Program-made: the position numbers and the translations under genes | Shown: positions 56,387-64,000 of the stretch, in pieces | Numbering within the stretch: position 1 is the first letter of the stretch | Layout of the letters: each line of letters begins with the position of its first letter | Assembly (NCBI GenBank): GCA_051656625.1 | Contig: JBOGCG010000057.1 | Location: 3,387-67,386 of the forward strand | DNA length: 64,000 nt | Source of the DNA: Sarcina sp. | Lineage (GTDB): Bacteria; Bacillota; Clostridia; Clostridiales; Clostridiaceae | Reading direction: 5' to 3' | The notes under the pieces: model-generated | Databases searched by the model: none | Seen by the model: only the letters and a program-made list of their open reading frames with translations | Told to the model about the DNA's origin: nothing

Positions 56387-56629
56387 TTATCCACAGTTTC
56401 AAAATTATTTTTTATTTTATTTATAATCCTTTATTCTGTGGATAAGTTGTTTTTTTATTTTAAAAACTATCCACAGATTTATATTTTTTTACCCAACCTC
56501 TTTTTCCACAATAGCTGTGGATAACTTTTTCTTTTTCACCTGTGCATAACTTTATATCTAAAACTATATATTTTTAAATTTTCTAATTTTTCCACAGTAA
56601 TATAAAAAACATTTCTAAGCTGTGGAAAA
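56387..56629. promoter_or_regulatory. Cluster of 8 DnaA boxes between mnmG and rsmG
   Basis: TTATCCACA-type boxes at 56387, 56437, 56467, 56502, 56516, 56541, 56588, 56621. Confidence 0.85.
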
Positions 56630-56728
56630 CATTAATAAAGGACTATATCTAAATTTTAAGTATATTACCTTACCGAGATAGCTATAATATATCTACCTTA
56701 AAAAATGATACAGCCCAATTTTTATTTA

Positions 56729-58615
56729 TTATTTATTATTTTTTCTTTTATTATATTGTTCTAAGTAAATTAATAATACAGAAATATCTGCTGGTGACAC
56801 CCCAGAGATTCTTGAAGCTTGCCCTATGTTCAATGGTCTTATTTTTGATAATTTTTGAACTGCTTCAACTCTAAGGCTATTTACATCTTCATATTTTAAT
56901 TCTTCTGGAATTAATCTATTTTCTATCTTTTTAAATTTAGCAACTTGCTCTAATTGAGTTTCAATATATCCTTCATATCTTGCCATTATATTTAATTGCT
57001 CCCCGATATCCATAGGAAGTTCTGGTCTTTCTTTATCTAATGGCTTAAGTGAAAAATAATCAAGTTCTGGTCTTTTTATAAGTTCATAAAGTCTTATTGG
57101 CTTTTTAAGTTCTGTTGAACCAAGACTTACTAAAAATTCATTAACTTCATTTTTATTAGTTATTTGAAGTTCCTTTAATCTTTCAAGTTCTTCCTCTATA
57201 TTAGCTTTTCTTTCTATGAACTTTTTATATCTTTCATCTGTTACAAGACCAACATTTCTACCGATTTCAGTAAGTCTTAAATCAGCATTATCCTGTCTTA
57301 ATAATAATCTATATTCAGCTCTTGATGTCATCATTCTATAAGGCTCATTTGTACCTTTAGTAACTAAATCATCTATTAATACTCCTGCATATCCATCTGA
57401 TCTTGTTAATATCATAGGCTCTTTTTCTTGAACCTTAAGTGCTGCATTTATTCCAGCAACTATCCCTTGTGCTGCTGCTTCTTCATAGCCTGAACTACCG
57501 TTAATTTGTCCTGCACTAAAGAATCCTTTTATTCCTTTAAACTCTAAGCTAGGTAATAATTGAGTTGGATCTATACAATCATACTCAATAGCATAACCTG
57601 TTCTCATTACTTCAACATTTTCAAGACCTTCAATAGTTCTAAGCATAGCTACTTGAACATCTTCTGGAAGTGATGATGACATTCCACCAACATACATCTC
57701 ATCAGTATCATCACCTTCTGGTTCAATAAATACTTGATGTCTTTCCTTATCTGGGAATCTCATTACTTTATCTTCAATAGATGGACAATATCTTGGTCCA
57801 ACTCCAAGTATAGATCCATTGTACATTGGTGCCCTATCTATATTATCAACAATTACCTTATGAGTATTTTCATTAGTATATGTTAACCAACATGAAACTT
57901 GTTCTCTATCTACATTTTCATTTAAAAATGAGAAAGGAACTATTCTTTCATCCCCTGGTTGTTCTATCATTTTTGAAAAATCAACAGTTCTTTTATTAAT
58001 TCTAGCTGGTGTACCAGTCTTAAATCTTCTAAGAGATATTCCATTCTCTTCTAAAGATTCTGAAAGGCTCATAGCTGGAATTAATCCATTAGGTCCTGAA
58101 GTATATTTTACATCTCCAGTTATAACTGCACTTTTTAAGTAAGTACCTGAAGTTAAAACAACTGCCTTACAATTAAAATAAGCACCATTTCTAGTTAAAA
58201 TTCCTTTAACTTCATTGTTTTCAACATCAATTTTAACAACCTCTGCTTGTTTAACTGTAAGATTTTCTTGACCTTCTAAAACTCTTTTCATTCTATCTTG
58301 GTAAGCTTTTTTATCAGCTTGTGCTCTTAATGAGTGAACTGCTGGTCCTTTTGATGTATTAAGCATTCTTGATTGAATAAATGTTTTATCTATATTTATT
58401 CCCATCTCTCCACCTAATGCATCTATTTCTCTTACTAAATGTCCTTTAGCTGTTCCCCCTATATTAGGGTTACATGGCATAAGTGCCATTGCATCTAAAG
58501 CTAATGTACAAAGTAATGTTTTACATCCAATTCTTGCTGCTGCTAAAGCTGCTTCTGTTCCAGCATGACCTGCTCCAACAACAACAACATCATAATTTCC
58601 TGCATTGTATTTCAT
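56729..58615 (-). CDS. mnmG: tRNA modification enzyme MnmG (GidA)
   Basis: [26 protein letters not shown]. Confidence 0.97.
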   Translation of the reverse strand: MKYNAGNYDVVVVGAGHAGTEAALAAARIGCKTLLCTLALDAMALMPCNPNIGGTAKGHLVREIDALGGEMGINIDKTFIQSRMLNTSKGPAVHSLRAQADKKAYQDRMKRVLEGQENLTVKQAEVVKIDVENNEVKGILTRNGAYFNCKAVVLTSGTYLKSAVITGDVKYTSGPNGLIPAMSLSESLEENGISLRRFKTGTPARINKRTVDFSKMIEQPGDERIVPFSFLNENVDREQVSCWLTYTNENTHKVIVDNIDRAPMYNGSILGVGPRYCPSIEDKVMRFPDKERHQVFIEPEGDDTDEMYVGGMSSSLPEDVQVAMLRTIEGLENVEVMRTGYAIEYDCIDPTQLLPSLEFKGIKGFFSAGQINGSSGYEEAAAQGIVAGINAALKVQEKEPMILTRSDGYAGVLIDDLVTKGTNEPYRMMTSRAEYRLLLRQDNADLRLTEIGRNVGLVTDERYKKFIERKANIEEELERLKELQITNKNEVNEFLVSLGSTELKKPIRLYELIKRPELDYFSLKPLDKERPELPMDIGEQLNIMARYEGYIETQLEQVAKFKKIENRLIPEELKYEDVNSLRVEAVQKLSKIRPLNIGQASRISGVSPADISVLLIYLEQYNKRKNNK

Positions 58616-58626
58616 AAGTATCTCTC

Positions 58627-60003
58627 CTACTTTCCACAACAGAATTCTGCGAATATTTTATTTACTACATCTTCTTCTACTTCAGCCCCAGTGATTTCTC
58701 CTAAAGCTTTTAAGGCAGAAGTTACATATATAGATACTAAATCCAAGAATTCATTTCTATCCATTCCATTTAAACTTTCATTTAAGTTTTCAATAGCTCT
58801 ATATAAAGCTTGCTTATGTCTAGTATTAGTGATTATTAAACTTTCACTATCTATTTTTCCACTAAAGAATAAATTTTTAATTTCTTCTTTAAGTCTATCT
58901 ATTCCTAAAGCTTCCTTTGCAGAAATCTCAATTTTATTAGATAAATCTTTAATTTCATCTAAATCAATCTTTCTTTCTAAGTCTACTTTATTTAATAAAA
59001 CTAAATATTTTTTATCCTTAATATAATTAATAATCTCTCTATCTTCTTCATCAAGCTCTCTACTAGTATCTAACATAAATATAACTAAGTCAGCTTCATT
59101 AATTTTTTCTTTAGATCTTTCAACGCCTATTCTTTCTACTACATCTTCAGTTTCTCTGATTCCAGCAGTATCAATTATTCTAACAGGTATTCCATCTAAA
59201 TTTATATACTCTTCTATAACATCCCTTGTTGTTCCTGCAATTTCAGTTACAATAGCTCTTTTTTCATTTAAAAGAATGTTCATTAATGAGGATTTACCTA
59301 CATTTGGTTTTCCTACAATAACAAGATTTAATCCTTCTCTTATTATTTTACCCTCATCAGCACTTTCTATAAGTGCATCTACCTCTTTAACTAAACCATC
59401 TATTCCAGCTCTCACTCTTATAGGTATAGTTTCATCTGGTTCTTCATCATCTTCAGTAAAATCAACAGCATATTCGATTAACGCCAATACATTTAAAGCC
59501 TCTGCTCTAAGTTTTTCAATTTCCTTTGATAATCTACCTTCACTTTGTAGCATTGCAGACTTCATTGAAAGTTCAGTTTTAGCGCTTATTATATCCATTA
59601 CTGCCTCAGCCTGACTTAAATCTATTCTTCCATTTAAAAATGCCCTCTTAGTAAATTCTCCTGGGTCAGCAAGTCTAGCTCCTGCTTTTACAACTGATTG
59701 TAAAACTTTATTAGTAGAAATAACTCCACCGTGGCAATTAATTTCTACAGTATCTTCTGCTGTAAAACTTTTAGGACCTTTCATAAAACTTACTATTACT
59801 TCATCTACAACCTCTTCATTTTCGTCTATTATGTGACCATATCTCATTGTATAAGGCTTCATGGTATCCATTTTCTGACCATTTACTGCCTTAAATACTT
59901 TATCTACAATATGTAATGCTTTATCACCTGAAACTCTAATTATAGCTATTCCACCTTCTCCTAAAGCTGTAGCAATAGCTGCAATAGTATCAAACTCTCT
60001 CAT
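58627..60003 (-). CDS. mnmE: tRNA modification GTPase MnmE
   Basis: [23 protein letters not shown]. Confidence 0.97.
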   Translation of the reverse strand: MREFDTIAAIATALGEGGIAIIRVSGDKALHIVDKVFKAVNGQKMDTMKPYTMRYGHIIDENEEVVDEVIVSFMKGPKSFTAEDTVEINCHGGVISTNKVLQSVVKAGARLADPGEFTKRAFLNGRIDLSQAEAVMDIISAKTELSMKSAMLQSEGRLSKEIEKLRAEALNVLALIEYAVDFTEDDEEPDETIPIRVRAGIDGLVKEVDALIESADEGKIIREGLNLVIVGKPNVGKSSLMNILLNEKRAIVTEIAGTTRDVIEEYINLDGIPVRIIDTAGIRETEDVVERIGVERSKEKINEADLVIFMLDTSRELDEEDREIINYIKDKKYLVLLNKVDLERKIDLDEIKDLSNKIEISAKEALGIDRLKEEIKNLFFSGKIDSESLIITNTRHKQALYRAIENLNESLNGMDRNEFLDLVSIYVTSALKALGEITGAEVEEDVVNKIFAEFCCGK

Positions 60004-60196
60004 TCCTTAGAACCTCCTATCTATCATAAAAAATTATCTATATATCAAATTTTATTGTATCTATTATATCTCTTACATTTTAAAATATAAAAATAATAAT
60101 AATTAAATCATTTAACATTCACTTTATTTTACCTAAGTAAATATAATAAGTCAAAGTCAAAGAAATAAAAAAAGAAGCCATTAAAGGCTTCTTTTT

Positions 60197-60820
60197 TTAT
60201 TTCTTTAAAGTTATTAAAACACGTCTGAAAGGTTCTTCACCTTCACTAGTGGTTGCTATCTCTAAATCATTTTGAAGAGTAGCATGAATAATTCTTCTTT
60301 CATAAGGTTGCATAGGATCAAGTTTATAATCTCTTCTATATTTTTTTACTTTATAAGCAGTTTTTAAAGCTAGATTTTGGAGAGTTTTCTCCCTTTTTTC
60401 TCTATAATTTTCTGCATTTAAAATAACTTTTTTATAGGATATACTTGAATCTTTATTTACAACTAAGCTTGTTAAATATTGAAGTGAATCTAAGGTTTCC
60501 CCCCTATATCCAATTGCATATTTAACATCTTTTCCAGCAAGATTTATTCTTACAATATCTGCTTGCTCTTCTACTATAACGTCTGTAGAAATCCCCATTT
60601 TTTCAAGAACATTTTTTAAAAAATCTATTCCTAATTCTAGAGCTGTAGGCTTAACCTTTACTAATATTTTAGCTGGTTTAGCACCAATAAAGTTTAGAAA
60701 TCCTTTATTTCCCTCATCTAAAACCTTAACTTCAACTCTTTCTTTAGGAAGATTTAGTTCTTTTAAAGCTTTATTTAAAGCTTCATCTACAGATTTTCCA
60801 CTAACCTCAATTTCTTTCAA
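60197..60820 (-). CDS. jag: Jag/KhpB (EloR) RNA-binding protein
   Basis: IGYRGETLDSLQ (KH), ERRIIH (R3H). Confidence 0.93.
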   Translation of the reverse strand: MKEIEVSGKSVDEALNKALKELNLPKERVEVKVLDEGNKGFLNFIGAKPAKILVKVKPTALELGIDFLKNVLEKMGISTDVIVEEQADIVRINLAGKDVKYAIGYRGETLDSLQYLTSLVVNKDSSISYKKVILNAENYREKREKTLQNLALKTAYKVKKYRRDYKLDPMQPYERRIIHATLQNDLEIATTSEGEEPFRRVLITLKK

Positions 60821-60842
60821 CCCTTTTCACCACCTAATCTAA

Positions 60843-61592
60843 CTATTTCTTCTTCTTTTTACTACTATTTTTCTTAGGTGTTACATCTACAACTCCAGCA
60901 GCTTCTGCCTTCGCCTTCATCCTTTTCTTCATAGGTAAAGTCATTAAGAAATATGTTTGGATTATTTGAATTAAGTTACCAACTATCCAATAGATAACTA
61001 GTAATGCCGGGAAGTTAAGTGACATAACCCCTAACATAATAGCCATCCCTATGTTCATAGCTCCCATATTTATAGGACCTGATTGGCCACCTTGAGCTGA
61101 GCTCTTTGTCATTAAATAAGATGACAGGAATGTACTTAATCCTGATAGCACTGGTAATATATAATATGGATCATGGCCTTGTAAGTTAGGTATCCATAAG
61201 AAACTAACTCCTTTTGTTCCAGCTAAACCAAAGAATACATAATAAAGAGCAAATAATATTGGCATTTGAATTACTAATGGTAAACATCCTCCAGCCATTG
61301 ATACATTATTTTCTTTATAAATTCTCATGGTTTCCATATTTAATTTTTCTGGATTCCCTTTATACTTTTGTTGAATTTCTTTTATTAACGGTTGGATTTC
61401 TTGCATTCCAGCCTGTGATTTCATTTGTTTCATTGTTAAAGGCAAGATTAATAATCTTACTAAAACAGTTAATAGAACAACAGCTAAAACATAAGAAGTT
61501 CCTTTATCAACACCAAAACCATGTACAAACGAGAAAAGTACATCAAAAATTTTGGTAAATATACCGGTAATTGGACTCAAAATCTTAGTCAC
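60843..61592 (-). CDS. yidC: Membrane insertase YidC/SpoIIIJ
   Basis: VRLLILPL, GGCLP..IQMPI, YW. Confidence 0.94.
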   Translation of the reverse strand: MTKILSPITGIFTKIFDVLFSFVHGFGVDKGTSYVLAVVLLTVLVRLLILPLTMKQMKSQAGMQEIQPLIKEIQQKYKGNPEKLNMETMRIYKENNVSMAGGCLPLVIQMPILFALYYVFFGLAGTKGVSFLWIPNLQGHDPYYILPVLSGLSTFLSSYLMTKSSAQGGQSGPINMGAMNIGMAIMLGVMSLNFPALLVIYWIVGNLIQIIQTYFLMTLPMKKRMKAKAEAAGVVDVTPKKNSSKKKKK

Positions 61593-61620
61593 TTTTTATC
61601 CTACCTCCCAAAATATTATA

Positions 61621-61836
61621 TTATTTTAATGGGTCATAACCACCCTTATGGAATGGATGACATCTTAAAATTCTTTTTATAGCTAAAAATCCTCCTTTTA
61701 AGGCTCCATATTTCTCAATTGCTTCAATTGCATATTGAGAACAGGTTGGTACATAAATACATGTAGGTCTGCCTTTCAAAGGAGATAAATATTTTCTATA
61801 GAACTTAACTATTTTTATTAATAACCTTTTCATCAT
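61621..61836 (-). CDS. yidD: Membrane protein insertion efficiency factor
   Basis: [21 protein letters not shown]. Confidence 0.93.
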   Translation of the reverse strand: MMKRLLIKIVKFYRKYLSPLKGRPTCIYVPTCSQYAIEAIEKYGALKGGFLAIKRILRCHPFHKGGYDPLK

Positions 61837-62191
61837 TAAGAACACCTGCCTTAAAAAACAAGTTCTTCATAGATTTTTCTATGTCATAAAAGTCTCGATC
61901 TACAATTGGGTTTCTTGCAATAAAAACAAAGTCATAACCTTCTTTTAATGCAATACCTGAATATTTCAATCTATAGTTTTCTAGAATTAATCTTTTGACT
62001 CTACTTCTAGTAACACTTTTTCCGACTTTTTTACTTACTGAAATTCCTATTTTATTGTAAGGTTCTTTTTTTTCACTTAAATTTCTTTTATTTCTAAAAA
62101 CATATAAGACTAATAATTTATTAGAAAAAGATGCCCCACGTCTGTAAACTAATCTAAACTCTTTATTCTTTCTTAGTTTTTCAATACTCAT
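61805..62191 (-). CDS. rnpA: RNase P protein component
   Basis: [18 protein letters not shown]. Confidence 0.94.
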   Translation of the reverse strand: MSIEKLRKNKEFRLVYRRGASFSNKLLVLYVFRNKRNLSEKKEPYNKIGISVSKKVGKSVTRSRVKRLILENYRLKYSGIALKEGYDFVFIARNPIVDRDFYDIEKSMKNLFFKAGVLNDEKVINKNS

Positions 62192-62254
62192 TTGAAAGCT
62201 TCTCTCCTTAAAAATCTGCCATTATTGCAGAAAAAGGCCACATTATAGTGGCCC

Positions 62255-62389
62255 TTATGCTGTTAATTTTTTTCTACCTTTTTGTCTTCTAGCTTTTAAA
62301 ATGTTTCTTCCAGATTTAGTTTTCATTCTTTTTCTGAAACCATGCTCTTTTTTTCTTTGTCTCTTTTTAGGTTGGTATGTCATGAACAT
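62255..62389 (-). CDS. rpmH: 50S ribosomal protein L34
   Basis: Manual translation [22 protein letters not shown]...GRKKLTA. Confidence 0.97.
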   Translation of the reverse strand: MFMTYQPKKRQRKKEHGFRKRMKTKSGRNILKARRQKGRKKLTA

Positions 62390-62849
62390 TGAGAATGCAC
62401 CCCCTTTAAAAAAATTTTATTTATAGTAATAAAAACTATATACTTACCTTTTTTAAGTTTTACCTTTTAATTATATAGTTCTATATTTACAATGTCAAGA
62501 AAATCACCTATTAATACTTATATTATTAAGTAAATTTAATTGTATATTCAATAAAAATTTATTATAATTGAAATTATATATATAAATTTCTTAATATTTT
62601 TCTACTGAAAATATAGTTTAAAAAATTAAAAAAAAGATAAACTTAAATAACATTTAAAATTTATCTACTTTAATATATAGCAAAAAATTATAAAATAAAT
62701 TATAGTATTTATTGCTCTTAAATTAATTATAAATTTAAAATATTACTTCAGTAAAAATAATACTACTTATTAATAATATATTCTACCCTAAAATTCAATT
62801 GAATAAACTTAAATGTTTTTTCTGTTATCTTTAAACAGATATTTTAATA

Positions 62850-63665
62850 GTTTTCCACAATAAAATTATTTAATCCACAATTTCTAATAACTTTCTGTTT
62901 ATTACTGTGGATAAATTTCAAATATTTATTATTAAAAGATAATTTTGATTTAATCACCTCTTATTTGTCTATAATTCTAATATAGTTTTTTTAAGTAAAA
63001 AACTTCTTAAAATTCCTTTTTTAAAACTTATCCACAACTTTAATATATTTATCCACAAAATAACTAGTTTATCCACAGTGTAATTATTAAATACTAAAAA
63101 TAAAAAAGTTTATAATATATTACCCTGTTGATAACTTTATAATAAAAATTTTTCTATAAAAAATAACTAAATATCTATAAAATAAAAAACCAAAACTTTA
63201 CTAGTATAAAAATTATGTTTTATACTTATCCACATAGTTATCCACAGATTGTGGTTTTTTAACTTAATTTTAAAATTGGAAAAAAGTTATGCACAGATAT
63301 AGTTATCCACAGACAAGCTTTTTTTGTGGATAACTTCTTGAAACCCCCTATCACTTTGTGATATTATAGTTAAGTGTTATTCATAAAATTTGGATATAGG
63401 TACAAGTTATCCACACCTGTGGATAAACCTGTTGATAACCTGTGAATTATTTGTTGATTATTTTTTTTATAAATAGCTAAACCTTTAATTCATGCGTTTA
63501 TACAGCCTGTTGATAATGTGGATAAAAGTTATCCACAGGCTGTGGAAAACTCATTTTTTTAAGAGTTTTCCACAGAGTTATTAACAGGTAGCACATAGTT
63601 ACTCACAGTTTCTTTCTTCTATAGCTTGTTCTGTGGATAACTCTGTGGATAAAATGTGGAAAACT
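62850..63665. other. oriC upstream DnaA-box region
   Basis: More than 20 perfect or one-mismatch TTATCCACA boxes upstream of dnaA. Confidence 0.92.
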
Positions 63666-63742
63666 CACTTTTCAATATTTTATGCATTAACTTTAAATAC
63701 ACTTATAGAAATATTTTACTTATTTAATTTGGAGGATACGAA

Positions 63743-64000
63743 ATGGATGCTCAACTAAATAAAACCTGGGAACAAGCATCGGAAATTATAAAGAATGAAC
63801 TAAATGAAATAAGCTTTAATACTTGGATAAAGAATTGTAATCCACTTTCTATCTCTGATAACGTGTTAAAGCTAACAGTTCCCAATGACTTTACTAAAGG
63901 AATATTAAACAAAAGATATAAAGACTTAGTTGTTGAAGCATTAAAAATAGTTACTTCAAGGACTATGGATGTTGAATTTCTTCTAGAAAGCGATATAGAA
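63743..64000 (+). CDS. dnaA: Chromosomal replication initiator DnaA (5' part)
   Basis: GGAGG SD; MDAQLNKTWEQ...SFNTWIK...VPNDF; divergent from rpmH. Confidence 0.95.
   Translation, partial: MDAQLNKTWEQASEIIKNELNEISFNTWIKNCNPLSISDNVLKLTVPNDFTKGILNKRYKDLVVEALKIVTSRTMDVEFLLESDIE

Overview
A very AT-rich Clostridiaceae-type chromosome segment immediately left of oriC (dnaA starts at 63743), with most genes on the minus strand. The conserved backbone runs rpmH-rnpA-yidD-yidC-jag-mnmE-mnmG-rsmG-noc-soj-parB (two parS sites), then rpsF-ssb-rpsR, gdpP-rplI-lonC-dnaB, purA, a 10-tRNA cluster, dnaD/dnaI-like genes, murA and rlmH. An accessory block of about 23 kb (14.6-37.5 kb) holds the notable features. 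(1) An F-type ATPase operon has three different c-subunit genes, two of which carry Gly in place of the essential ion-binding Glu; it also has altered c-loops, a divergent epsilon N-domain, no atpI and an extra co-transcribed two-helix membrane gene. (2) Two diverged tandem urease operons both lack ureF and encode only a half-length UreE. (3) An unannotated ~120-nt sRNA candidate has a Fur-box-overlapped sigma-A promoter and an anti-SD motif. Together these suggest, by inference, an acid-adapted (possibly gastric, Sarcina-like) clostridium. All calls come from reading the sequence; no database searches were run.
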